Assembly: GCA_964016885.1 (NCBI GenBank)
Contig: OZ024742.1
Location: 80,848,001 to 80,912,000, forward strand
Length of the DNA: 64,000 nucleotides
Direction: 5' to 3'
DNA from: Eledone cirrhosa
Taxonomy: Eukaryota
The notes under the pieces are model-generated. The model did no database searches and had not been told where the DNA came from. It was given only the letters and a program-made list of their open reading frames with translations. This document shows, piece by piece, positions 1 to 13,456 of this stretch. Numbering within the stretch: position 1 is the first letter of the stretch; every line of letters starts with the position of its first letter. The translations under genes and the position numbers were made by a program.

Positions 1-3000
1 CACTCACTAGCATTAATAAGGAAGGTCTTAGCACAGTAAAAAAAACTTGGAATATCCGACAGAACCGAACCTCTGACCCCATGTAACCCCACATTTAACC
101 TTAAGGATCACAAAAATAGTTTTGAAACAAACTCTACTATTAGATTAATATGCCCATCCAAGTCGGATATAGGTAAAATTAGCAAGAACAGTCTAGATAG
201 GGTAATCGCAAAATTAAGGGAAAACTAAAAATCAATTTATGGGGTAACACTAATGAAGCAATTGAATGGTTCAATAGAATAAGAAATAGAGAAGCATGCA
301 ACTTCATACAATTTGACATAAATGATTACTACGCATCCATATCCCCAGTTACTCTAGATAAAGCGCTAATATTTGCAAAAATAACTCGGACCTTACCCCA
401 GATGAAATCAAAATAATACTGGTTGCTAGAAGGACTATCATAACATTTGAAAATAGCTATTGGGAAAGAAAAAATAGGATGAATAGTTTCGATATCACAA
501 TGGGATCGAACGATTCAGCGCAAATAACTGATGTTGTGGGGATATTTATAGCACACAACATACATAAATAATTTAATAACCTCCAAGGAGAGATTTATAG
601 AGATGACACGCTCCTTATAGCTACAAACTTAAATAAACAGAGCTTTGAAAGATTAGAACATTCTTCAAAAAACTAGGCCTAGATATTACCTACGAACTGA
701 ATTCTAAAATAGTAAACTTTCTAGACGTAACTCTTAACCTAAGCACGAGATTAATAGAACCCTTCCACAAAACCAATGATAATCTAGCCTGCATTAGTTA
801 TAACTCTAACCACCCCCCATCCATAATTAAATCCATAGCACGTAGTATATCCCTTAGAATATCCCGCCTATCCTTAAACAAGGAATGTTTTAAGGAACAT
901 GCTAATGTTCCTTAAAACGCAGCATTACGCAAGGCAGGGCACAAGGAGGAGCTGCAGTTTATAACAGATAAGGACAAGACAAACAAAACCATTAACACCG
1001 ACAACAACCGCTCATACAAAAATAAAGGTAACTGGACTAGACATAGAACTAGACAAGTAGCACCTAGAGTAGGGGGACCGAACACGAATAATGTAAATCC
1101 TAGAAATTATAGAAGAACTAGAGAGAGAAAATACCTATGGTTTAATCCAATCTTCAACTCCTCTATAAGAACTAGACTGCCTTCTACGTTTTTTTAAATA
1201 ATAGATAAGCACTTTCCTATAACGCATAGATATCATAAAATCATCAATAGAAAAACTATAAAACTCTCATACTCTACTACTGCCAATATTGAATCGCACA
1301 TACGCAAGATCAACCATAAAAATACCTCTAGAAAAGCTACCCCGCCTATACGCAACATAGCACCAAACACTAAACACAAACACATTACCTTATCACAACC
1401 ACACACGCACCACAGCAAAACTTTAATAGGCATGAATTTCAACCCACATATAACAGTTTGCAAAACCACAATGTGAAAGCTGCACAGAATAATACCTCGA
1501 ACTACAATTGACACCTACCGAACAAATTCCCATTAGCGAATAGGTGCCTTGACACAAGCCTAGTGTACATGTGCACTGTAAACTCGGGAAACTCTACTTG
1601 GCACTACATTGGATCCACCGCGGTTGTTTTTAAAAAAAGATGGTATGTGCACACACATTCAATGAACACTGTGCACTGGTAAATTCTACAACCCTCGCCA
1701 ATAAAATCTGGCAACTTAAGGACAAAAACCTTGATTACAATATTAGCTGGTCGAAATTGGCGGCCGCTAAGTCATATAGCAGTGGTATGTCCCATTGCGG
1801 ACTCTGCAACATCGAATTGCTGCATATCTTAAGGAACGATAAAATGCTACTCAACAGCAAAATAGAAAGTCAATTTTCTGCAGACATAGGATTGCTACTA
1901 AATTCGCGACATTTAAACCACCTTAATTCGAACCAACATCACTTAGCATTTAACATTTGACATACGCATTCTCATACAGCCCAATACAGAACATAACCTT
2001 CTATAAACTCCTTCTAGCCCCCCTAATTCTATACACTGGGATATGTCTACAACTATCTTATCAGCCTATAAATCAATCCTATCTTTGCTGTGGTTCTCTC
2101 CTTAGGACCAAACAAAAATATCTCACATTAGCACTCATCATCTATAACAGATGAACTTCTAAGTACATTATCTTATTACTCCTACACTCCTTGAAATCTC
2201 ACTTTCCTATTATTATTATTATGAACATCTCAATGTATCCCTAATATTATTCATCATATTCTCTATAACTACCATGCATATTTTACTATTACATTACCTG
2301 TATTGTCTCTACTATTATTGCTATTATTAATGTTTTATTTATACACGATTGGTTATTGATGTTGTGAAAACTAAACCCACATGATTCGAACGAACAATCC
2401 CTACTTTTAGTATAGGTCACTTAAATAACGAATCTACAACTCCACTTAACACCACATAGAAACTATCATTATCACGAACATCTCTATCTGTCAGACAATA
2501 AGGAAATCCACGGTTTATTGCCAGCACACCTACATCAAAGCACACACCTCATAAATCTTGACCCCAAGTACATTTTAGTTGTCACTGTTATATCACCGCC
2601 ACCTTAACACTATATCTAACGTACCCTATAACAGTTTTCACATGTCAATTTCATACATCTGTATATCAATTTGTTTAAAATGCTAGATTCATCATTTATA
2701 CTCTATTTCTTACTTATATTGATGTTATTATTTTAGCTATTTACTATCTAGTTATTTTATTTTATTATTGATATTATTGTTCTAGTTTAATACCACTCCT
2801 ATATGTGTATATTCTTCACTTTCGCGTGCTCTTATGAAAACGACTGGTTATAAACAAAATATTGGAGATGGATTGACGCAAAATCAAGCGAGTAGCGAAC
2901 TCTAGACCTGCCAGATCGAAGAAACAATTGTCAGCAATGTGAATAAGGCCCTTATTGTATAGCGAACCATGTCACTCTTTTTCTTGAATTATTATTACTC

Positions 3001-3160
3001 CAAGTATAAACTACATAGAAATCACCGCGAACTCGCAGCATCACTATGGAAACGACTTGTTGAGTCAAACTAAGCCACACGTTAATACTATCCACAACAG
3101 GGAGTACTCTAACTGGACTGCATCTAAGTGGACTGCCTATATGGGTAATCTGTTATCTTG
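1..3160 (+). mobile_element. Degenerate Penelope-like element, YRDD/Naiad-like (RT + GIY-YIG + 3' UTR/pLTR), cut by window start
   Basis: Frameshifted translation gives LKDHKNSF..IRLICPSKSDIGKISK, FIQFDINDYYASIS, FDITMGSNDSAQ, YRDDTL, VNFLDVTLNL, then LVYMC..WHYIGST and CGLCNIE of a GIY-YIG nuclease; homologous to 56341-57856; ends in (TA)n near 3160. Confidence 0.9.
2827..2936 (+). ncRNA. Decayed type I hammerhead ribozyme with extended stem II
   Basis: tgct-CTTATGA(G5 mutated)-aaacgactgg...ccagatcgaa-GAAA-CAATTG-TC-agca; stem I tgct/agca; palindromic ACAATTGT stem III. Confidence 0.65.
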
Positions 3161-3258
3161 TATATATATTTATATACTTATATATATATATACTTATATA
3201 TATATATATATTTATATACTTATATATATCTAACAGTATGTTAACAAAGAGCTACTTG

Positions 3259-3261
<3 letters not shown>

Positions 3262-3327
<66 letters not shown>
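3262..3327. repeat. (TA)n microsatellite
   Basis: Pure TA tract; one of dozens in the window. Confidence 0.98.
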
Positions 3328-3331
<4 letters not shown>

Positions 3332-5541
3332 GCGCTTATATTTGTGTAGGTGTATATATGCATGTAAGGATGTAATGATGTATACCTCATTGTCATTGAA
3401 AAACGTGTTATTCCATAGTAGAAGAAGCTCAAAACTCATGCATACACCCTTCCTTCTTCAACATTCTTCTTCAACCACACTTAAAATCAAGGTATATTTG
3501 AAGTCGATGTTTGAACGATTATACTGAATGTATCACCAACACTCAGCCGACCAACTGCAGTGCTGTCTGTCCACTAATTTCTATTTTACATTCAAAATAT
3601 ATTGTTTATTTTACACACATATACATGTAGTATGTGTATAGATTATCTATATAAGCATATGTGTGTGTTTCTGTGCAATTACGTATACTTTTTTGTGTTT
3701 ATTGAATACGCAGCTGTGATGGTGGATAAATGGTGTTCATATGTATGAAAATACCTTATCTCAATATTTGCATGTTCTGAGTTGTAGATCATTGAAATAA
3801 AACTCCTTTACTAAACATAGAGTCGACCTGATTACTGTTCCTTGAAATTGATTTATTTGATCCTGCTATTTATTGTTTTGTAACTGTTTGATACATAGCT
3901 ATTCCTTGCTTTCAATGTACATCTTAAATTATTTACTTACGTGCTCAAACATTTTACTCATTTCATGAAATGTTATTGGAGTTTTAATCATGTTGGTTTA
4001 GATTATTTTCTTCATGATTTATACGCTGATGTCGTTAGCTGTTTTCTTTTGTGAAACTCTGTGTTTCAATGTTTTATTAATTTTTGTTTACTATATTTTA
4101 ATTTAAACATGTTTTTCTTTTCATCTTAATGTTAGATTTTAGATAGAAATCTCACATGATTTTCGTTTTAAATGTCTTCTGACTAGCATTTTGATTCATT
4201 ATTCAACAACACTCCCTTCCATGTCCACGTTAATAAATCATTAAACTTCGTTTATTTAATGTTGTTCTTTATTAGCATATTTGTTCTTCTATTCTCGCAA
4301 CATTCTACTAGTTTGGGAAAAAAACAAATTACGATATCAGAGGCCACATATTAGCTTAATTATATATTAGAATTAATTTTATATTCTGATCTTAAACAGT
4401 GTTTTCTCTGGTCCTGAATGCCTAATGTAGAAGTTAATATGCACCGAATGGTTTGGTGACTCATCTTTTGTTTTATCTTTTAATTTAAACATGTTATCCG
4501 CTGTTTCTGAGATGAATCGTCTCTACGATTAAAATAATTAAAATTTCGTTTTGGCCATATTGTAAACATTTAATTAATTAGTTTCTCTTACACTGTACGA
4601 ATACTTCATGTATGCAATTAATACTGGTGTCATTAGAATGTAGTCTGAGTATTTTTTCCTTATTTATTTTTTAATAATAGAGATAGATGGATATGGAAAA
4701 AGAGAGAAATAGAGAGATTAAAACCGATTAGGAATGTAATAAGCTCAACTTGGATGAACTAAATAAATATTACAAATAAAAACACAATATTCCATTAAAC
4801 GCGGACTACACATAATACCCTATTTATGATTATGTCGAAAAGGTATGGATGAAACAGTTCTTGAGTTTGACTACATTAGTTAAAACACAACGTAAAAAAA
4901 CTCATATATATATATAACTTAAATGATGTAATGGTTAAATGTTGTAATCTAACAATATCAAGTAGATAAATATATAATTAACTACTCTCATAGTTTAGGA
5001 AATAGTAATAGAATAATCGGTCCCATCTTAAAATTTAACCCAAATGAACATTGAATCGAACATATTATATTCGTTAAGTACAACGACTTTAAACAATATG
5101 CATTCGCTCCTATATATATTACTTAAATTGTCCTCTACAATTAGAAAATTACCAGTAATATTCTGGAGGAAGGAATTCGATTAAACTGAATCCAATACAT
5201 GACTGCTATTTTATCATTTCGATAATCAGCTATCCAAAGATATCATCACAGTAATATGAAAGTATGAGATGTAGTGGCCAAACCACTATACAATACAATC
5301 CATATAAAATATAACAAATATATTAAAAGTTACAGCAATGTGAAAGACATGTGCATGCATAATATGAAAGAGTACTAGTAGATAAGAGTAACCTGATATA
5401 ATGCAAGCATCTCAGAGCAGATATAATGATATGGCACAGAGAAAAGAGGGCATGCTCACTAACGGACGGGTGCTACCCTGCAGATGCCAATATAATTTTT
5501 AACATTAGAGTAATGTAGAAGATCTATGCAAAACTAATGAG

Positions 5542-8500
5542 CAGGGCCGGATTAAAACCCTTAGAGGCCCTAAGCACTAAAAAATGTTGGTGCCCCCATA
5601 CATTTGTAGATCAAAACATTAACAATAATATATGGTAAATTAAAGTTTTATTTATTGAAATTTCAAAATAAAGCAAAACATACAGAAAGAGAGAAAATAA
5701 TTTTATTTATTGAATCATTTTTTCCTGCTTTTCTTTCTTGCAAAGTCTTTGATCAGATCCTCGTAACCAATCTTACGTAACACATCTGCTTCTATACACA
5801 ATAGACTTCCAGCCTGTATTGTTGCCTGGTTGGTCTGAAGGGATTTTTAATATTTTTCAACCGTGAAAATGAACGCTCGGGTGAGCAGTTAGTAACCATT
5901 AATGTTAAAAATATACGAAAGGTTATGTCTACTTTTGGAAAGGCACTTTCAATTTGTCTTTTAAAATAATTGTATGAAGTTTAGCATGATTAAATCTTGT
6001 TTTTACATTTTCTGTTGTACTCATCTTATTTCACACATATAAATGAAACTGCTGAAGCTCAGCTGAGAAAATACTATTGAAGTCCTCTGGATAAGCATCG
6101 ATCAACTTTTGACAGTACTGAGAATACCTTTCAATATTAGTAGCTGATGGAGTGCCTATATTTGGCACATCACTAAGAAAAGAAAATAATTTCTCTGCCA
6201 TTTCGTTGTATATCTCTCCTCTTCTTTCCATCTCAGCTGCAAGTTTGTCAACAATCGTGTAAAATGTGGTGGTACGAAACTTATCTCTGGCATCTAAATA
6301 AACTTCTGCTGTATCTCCGTCATTGGGTACTTTTTTCTAATACGTTTGCGAGTTACAGTTTTCCTGTAATCAACATCTGGAAGAATTCCTCGGCTTCTTT
6401 TTCATATCATTCAAATTCATCTCGTGAGGTGTTCAGTTGGTCAGCTAATGATACATAGAGATCTACACATGTCTTTAAGTTCGCACCCTCATTTTGTAGA
6501 ACTTTGCTTACTCTATGAAAATTCTGCAAAATCTCATTCCAAAAAATCAACATAAAAACGAATTCCAGCTCTTGCATCTTATCAACAATATTATTTGCCT
6601 ATCTTCTAGCGTCTCCCTTTTGTGATTGATCTTCGGCTATATATTCTAATGCTTCAGAAATCTCAGGGAACGATTTCAAGATTGCTGCTGTTGCCATAGC
6701 ATGTGCTTCCCATCTTGTATCAGAGAGAGATTTCAAGACACATTCATTCTTAATACAATTTTTGAGAATTTTCCAACGGGTAGTGGAAGCGGAAAAAAAA
6801 TTATAGAGTAACTGTACACTAGAGAAAAAATTAACAGCCTCTTGACAGCAGTCATCAGCACTCCGGCCAACAAGATTTAATGATAGAGCTGCACAGGGCA
6901 CATATATAGCAGACTTGTTTGTTTCTAAAATGTTTTGCTGCATCCCCTTATAACACCCAGACATGTTAGCAGCATTGTAATAAGTGTGACCCCTATATGT
7001 TGAAACATTTAACCCACAAGCTTCACGTAAATGCAGCAGCACCTGATTCGCCATATCCTCGCTAGTGTGGTTTTCTATTATGATGAAGGTTAAAAATCGT
7101 TCAATAAGTTGTCCATCTTGTAAATACCTAAGTACAACACTCAATTGATCGCTATTTGATAAATCTGGTGTTGAATCAACGGACAAACTAAAATAATCAG
7201 AAGATTTAACTTCGTTAATAATGAACTCACGGACCTTTTGTGCCATTAGTTGAATAATTTCCTCGATAGTGGTTTTTGACATGTAAGAAGGATTTCATTT
7301 TCTAGAACTTCTATATTCAGAAATGTGGCCTACTAAAAATGGATCAACCTCGCTTATGAGTTCAAGCAGCCCTAAAAAATTCCCATGTTGCAACGATCCA
7401 AACTTCTCTTCACTTCCTCGAAAAGGCAAGCCACGTTCAGCTAACGTACAAATAACAGCTACGACACGCCTCAAAGCGTGTTCCCAGTAATTGCACACTT
7501 CGTGAATTTGTTTCTCCAAATCTGACTTTAACCCCGCACCTTGCCTGCGTGTTAAATATGCCAGCAAAGAGTCTCGCTGAATAATGCTTTTCTCGTGCTT
7601 TTCAATTACAATAGTATTTCGCCAATCACTGAATCCTTCTCTTAAAACAAAAAATGAATATTTTTCACGAGCAAACAGTTTACAAACAAAACAATAAACT
7701 GACCCTCTTGATGGTGAATAGAGTGACCACTCTCTTTTGTATTTTTCACCATTGGCTTTTTTCCCAATAAAAAGTTTCTGTGAGCAATACCTTACTGTTT
7801 TGCCACTACTAAAATGACGGCAAGACTTTTCAAATGGCCCGTTGTGATGTTGCCAAATACTGGGTTCACAAGTAATCCAATAAGCCATATCATTAGCAGA
7901 GAAATCAAGCCACATTCCTGGATCGTTCGCTAAATTATAATGTTCTTCATATTTTACAGGTAAATTAATTTCACCGCCATTGTCACAGTGCTCTAAACTT
8001 CTATTTTCAGCAATTATTTGAGCCCTATCATCATTTGCAGTAGAGGTATCCGAATAAATAGAATTCACAGGCAAAGTAAGATCAGTTGTGATACATGTGC
8101 TGGACGAACATGCTTGCGACATCTCGGTACTTCTAATGCCATCATATTTTGATTCTGAAGTAATCAAAGTTGTAGTTGCCGCATTCAAGTCTATTTCTGA
8201 TAACGTATATCGGTCTTGACCTGGAATCTGTAAATCATGTTGTGGAACTTGTTAGAAAATATTAGTCAGCTTTGCTATCTTGGGATCTAATTCCGAATAT
8301 TTTTCTTGTTTCTTATTTGAAAGTTTTCGTTTTTGTGCCCCACTTAACTGAATGCGTTTCATCTTGGATTTTGGGATCTGTTAATTAGATTTGAATGGTT
8401 AGATTTTTTTTGGATCTGTTAACTAGATCTGATGGTTAGATTTGAAAAAGGATGGTGTGAACCCCAATAAACAATCTGCAAATACAGTTATGAAATTAAA

Positions 8501-9055
8501 GCTTGAGTTTGTTCAGATAAAAAAAAAGAATTATGTAGAAATAAAAAAGCAGATAATCTAGAACACAAATGACAATTATTTTTGATATTAGAGTCTACAA
8601 TGTTAAAATGTTCAAGTTAAAAAAAAAAATTGTAAAAGAACTAAAAAACCCTAATGAACAGAATTGTTAATAAACAGAAGCAGAAACTAAACCTTGGTTA
8701 GATGGGATTGGGAGTATCAAAAAACTTTCAGCTGGTGGCTATATTCATAACCCTTAAAAGACATTTCAACAAGCATGTAGCCATTTTAAAATTGAACCAG
8801 AATACATTGGAGTTTCAGAAACATTTCTAAAGATAAACGTCTGAAAAACTGAGATTTAACAAATAAACTGAAATGAACAACTATGTTTATACCGAATTTA
8901 TTCATTTCTTATTTCATTTTGAAAATTGCTATAATATTAATTAATTTAATAATTTAAACTGTAAATTCATCATATGAACATTTTGTGAGGTGCCCCTCCT
9001 TCGTTTGATGCCCTAAGCGCGTGCTTACTTTGCTTATATTGTTAATCCACGACTG
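5542..9055 (-). mobile_element. hAT DNA transposon (ZMYM1-like/Tip100-type), full length but decayed
   Basis: Imperfect TIRs cagggccggattaa (5542) / ttaatccacgactg (9042-9055); 8-bp TSD ctaatgag (5534-5541) / ctaatgat (9056-9063). Confidence 0.92.
5707..8362 (-). pseudogene. hAT transposase pseudogene (TTF-type Zn finger, DUF4371-like, dimerisation region)
   Basis: Starts MKRIQLSGAQKRK; CFVCKLF..GFSDW..H, LPFRG, GNFLGLLELI, FSLSVDSTPD, TRW, NCSPERSFSRLK motifs; broken by stops and frameshifts. Confidence 0.9.
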
Positions 9056-9600
9056 CTAATGATTAATCTGCAGATACTCAACCCTGACTAAACCCAGATT
9101 TATACCTGTGATCATTGGGGATGTGCGATATGCTACCAACGACCTACGTACACGCCTTGAGAGAGTGGGCTACACGGAACATAACATAAGACGATTAGTT
9201 AGGAAGTTACAAGTACAATCCAATAATGGAACTGTAAAGATATGTAAAACACTCCAAACATTCTGCATGTAACAACTGCATAAGGATATATAGATATATA
9301 AATATATATAGATACAAAACACATGCACATGCATACATATAACTCAAAGTATACAGAAACACATATAACATACCTGCACACACACACATATGCGCATGCA
9401 CGCTTGCAGATATGCAAACATGTTTACCTAGTTGATGTCTAATTTCCAATGAAAGGTTTTGTGTCTATGATAGAAACCGATTCTCTCTATTGGTAAATAT
9501 CTACAAAATAATGGAACAAGAAGATCATTCATACGTACATGCAGCTATATATGCATACATACATGCATACATACATGGATACATATGTACATTCATACAT

Positions 9601-9639
<39 letters not shown>

Positions 9640-10393
9640 CATACACACAGACAGTGAGATAGACTATTGTAGTCAGTTCGATCCTATAGCGTGTGTAACT
9701 GCTGCTCATATGAAGTCAATAAACCATATATTGGAAACGTTGAGCTCCAGAATTCGGTAAGTTAACCTACGAATGTTCCTACATATGTATTTAAACATAT
9801 ATTGTAACATATCTATATATACGTCACATATATGACGTGGTAATTTTACACATATAATTACTACACTGCATACACATCAAATAAACTAAGTAAACTTTCA
9901 AAATAATTACCAAATGAAAACAGCAAAACATGTTCGTTTAAATACAATTGTAAAACTGAACACGACCTAAAAGGAAATATTACTCCAGCTGTGCACAACT
10001 TTAAATTAAATTCTCACAAAACTTTGTCGAAATTTTGAGGAAGTTCTTCGTCTAATTTTGAAAATACAATATTAGGGAATATACATATAGCATCATGAAC
10101 AAACATATACCTCTCATTTCTCCAATGTATACAATCATTGTATATAAAGGAGCTACAAGCTTAACAATGATTTATCTGAAGCATATATAAAATCTGTCCC
10201 GAAAAAATTGTTTTATGCAAGGGCTAAACAAGTTGTTGAAATCCAAACACTCAGAATTACATTTTTACAAAGCATTTATATGAACAAGCACAACACATAC
10301 TTAGATAAAAACTGATACATTTAATGCAAATCTCCGATCCAAAGCCAGTCATTGAAGAAAATCGCCCCACCTACCTTGATAGATAGACAGACT

Positions 10394-10748
10394 TGTGAGC
10401 TACATGTGGCAGCAAAGAAAACGGCATCCAGTTTACTGAAATCCATATAGATTCTCCTGTATAATAAGAAGAGCACGAAACAATCCTGGACAGATTACAA
10501 ATATTCATTCAGATTATTGTCTGCTACTTCCTTTACAACCTCCAATTCTAATATGCTGAGTTACTTTCTAATACTCGAGATGTATGGCATATCATTCAAA
10601 TTTATGTGATGAACCTGTTGCAATATATCACCCTAGATTATTTGTAATGTGTCCAGGGTTGTTTCGTGCTCTTCTTATTATACAGAAGAATATGTATGGA
10701 TTTGAGTAAACTGGATGCCGTTTTCTTTGCTGCCACATGTAAGTCACA
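10394..10748. repeat. Inverted repeat, ~110-bp arms, ~135-bp spacer
   Basis: acatgtggcagcaaagaaaacggcatccagtttact...gattacaaata (10394-10502) is reverse-complemented at 10639-10748. Confidence 0.9.
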
Positions 10749-10763
10749 GAGAAGTAAGTGTAT

Positions 10764-12854
10764 GAGGACTCTATTTTCAGATAAAATAAAATATCGCAGG
10801 GGTATATTTCAGGGAGACAGTCTCTCTGTGATATTATTCATCCTGTCATTAAACCCCTTGTCCTTTCTGCTCAGGAAATGTGAAGGATGCATTATAGGCT
10901 CACAGGAGGACAGAAATACGAACCTTACCCACAATTTCTTTGTGGATGATCTTAAACTCTATGCCAAGAACATGGATGGGATGAAGACAAATATCGAACT
11001 GGTTACAACGTTCACAAAGGATATAGAAATGGAGTTTGGCCAAGATAAATGCCCATGTGTCACTGTAAAGCGGGGAAAACAACAACCCAATCTAGCAACA
11101 TTGTCATCAATGGCCTAACTGTTTCACCGATATCTGATGAGGACTGCTACAGATACCTGGGGATAGATGAGAAACCAGGAAACTCTATGCCAAGAACTTA
11201 GATGGGATGAAGAAAGATTTTGACCCGGATACAACATTATCAAAGGATATAGCAATTGAGTTTGGCCAAGATAAATGCTCATATATCACTGTATGCGGGT
11301 AAAATTACAACCTAATCTAGCAACATGGTCATCAGTGGCCTAAAGATTTAACCAATATCTGATGAAGACTGCTACAGTTAACTGGGGATAAATGAGAACA
11401 TATACTATAAGGGTATCTGTAATAAGGAACGCGTAACCAGCGAATATTACACCCCATTAAGAAAAATATGGTTATCGGAACTCTGTGCGCACAATAAAAC
11501 AGTGGCTCACAATTTATTTGCAGTTTGGACAATAGAACAAATATAAGCAATTGATATTAGGACTCGAAAAATACTAACCAACACCGGAAACTTCCACATC
11601 AACAGTGACATAGACCGCCTCTACTTGAAACTTAAGCAGGGAGGTTGAGGCCTAACATCAGTCCCGACAGCATTTGAATGTCGCATCATATCCCTCCGAG
11701 AACATCTACAAACCTCGAAGCATAGTAGCCCTTCTCTCGAGGAAGTCTATCTGCATGAGACAGATCAGATCATGAGCGTTGGGAAAGAACTCCTTGAAAT
11801 ATATTCCCTGCCTGATAAAAAATTCACAAACAGTGAATTTGCCCAGCAGTACCGCAGTGAATCCATGGATGAAACATTGCATATTTATCAGTTAAAAGGC
11901 AAGCATGGATACGTTGCCAGGAAGCTCCAGAGTAAGAGTAATATAGATAAAGGAAGTAGTGTATCTTGGACCAAAATCCGTATATTGGCTCCTACTTTGA
12001 AGGAGCAAGAAATCAACACGAAATACCTGATTCACAAAAGAGATAGGGGTGAAGGTAGAACACCTAGATGTGACAACTCTGCAGACTGCAAGTGCAGACT
12101 CTGCAGAATAAACATCGAAGATGACACGCATTTCATAAGCAGGCGTCCAAATATGTCATCGCGGTACTATCCACCTATGAAGCATGATGTAATGGCCAAA
12201 ACACAGTGCAATGCAATCCGTAGAAAGGTTAGCCCCGATAATAACCACATTTAAAGCTACAGCAATGTGGAAGACATACATATAGATAATATCAAAGAGT
12301 ACCGGTGGAATGTTTCAATAAAAACCCCAATAAAATAAAGGTATAACAGATCAGTTATAATGATATGGGACAGGGAAAAGAAGGCATGCCCAGTAGTGGA
12401 AATTAGCTGCCCAGCAGATGCCAATATAATATAAAAGATTAGCGAAGAGGACAATATTTATGCAGAACTAATGAGAATACTCAACCCTGACTATGCCTTC
12501 AGATTTATGCCTGCGGTTATTGGGGCACTGGTGTATGTTAGCAACTGCTTCAATGCAAATCTTGAGAAGCTGGACTTCACAGAAACAGAAAGAACACGAC
12601 TAGTTAACGAATTACAGGTACAATGCGTTAATGAAAATGTAAAACATTCCAAAACTTCTGCATCTAATAACTGCATATACACATGTACAGCTACAAAGCA
12701 TATACATATGCACACATATAACTCAAAACATCCACATCCACACATACAACAACATCCAAACCTGCACACACATGCGCATACAAGCATATATACCTGCCTA
12801 GTTGATGTTGTGCAAATTTCAATGAGAGAGTCTTGTAGCTATATTAGGAACCAA

Positions 12855-12920
<66 letters not shown>

Positions 12921-13010
12921 CTCTTTCTCTCTTTCCCTCTCTCTCCCCCCCCTCTCTCTCTAGATTGGCAAAAAATTGTGAAATTATAAAACCAGAAGAA
13001 CATACATATA
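10764..13010 (+). mobile_element. 5'-truncated R4/Dong-like RLE LINE with internal ~220-bp duplication
   Basis: GIFQGDSLS, FVDDLKLY, CRLC..H Zn knuckle, KHD, VVEISCPAD; ~10955-11170 repeated at ~11181-11400. Confidence 0.9.
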
Positions 13011-13029
13011 TACATGAATACATATATAC

Positions 13030-13440
13030 ATTTCAGATTTATACCTGCGATTATTGGGACACTGACGTATGTTTGTTGCTGCCTCAGCAAACATCTTGAA
13101 GAGCTGGGCTTCACTGAAACAGAAAGAATACGACTAGTTAGCTAATTACAAGTACAATTCATTAATGGAAGAGTAAAATTATGTAAGATATTCTAAAAAT
13201 GTTGCCTCTAATAACTGCATGTACCCATGTACATATACAATGCATATGCATATGCACACATAAAACTAAACAAATACACATCCACACATACCATAACATC
13301 CACTCCTTCACACACATGCATGTGCGCATATCTAGCTAGTTGATGTTATTAATATTCCAACGAAAGAGTTTATGTTAGAAACCGATTCTCTCTCTCTCTC
13401 TGTTGGTAAAATTTTATAGAATTATAAACAAGAACATGCA
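13030..13440 (+). mobile_element. Short 3' fragment of the same R4/Dong-like LINE
   Basis: FRFIPAIIGTL..KLGFTETER-like C-terminus plus shared 3' UTR ending in gaa|catgcatacatac. Confidence 0.85.
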
Positions 13441-13456
13441 TACATACATACATACA

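Larger units (their letters stand above)
5220..9530 (+). mobile_element. 3' fragment of R4/Dong-like RLE LINE, split by the hAT insertion (LINE parts ~5220-5541 and 9056-9530)
   Basis: Decayed DVVAK..DIMIWHREK..PADANI..IYAKLM before the hAT, resuming NLQILNPD after it; 3' UTR like other copies. Confidence 0.8.

Noticed and set aside
3540-4560. AT-rich decayed coding-like region (similar impression at 9900-10390 and 40280-40520)
   Set aside because: No recognisable motif could be read with confidence; left unassigned
6599-8188. Host ZMYM1-like zinc-finger gene
   Set aside because: Bounded by TIRs and an 8-bp TSD, intronless and disrupted; a hAT transposase
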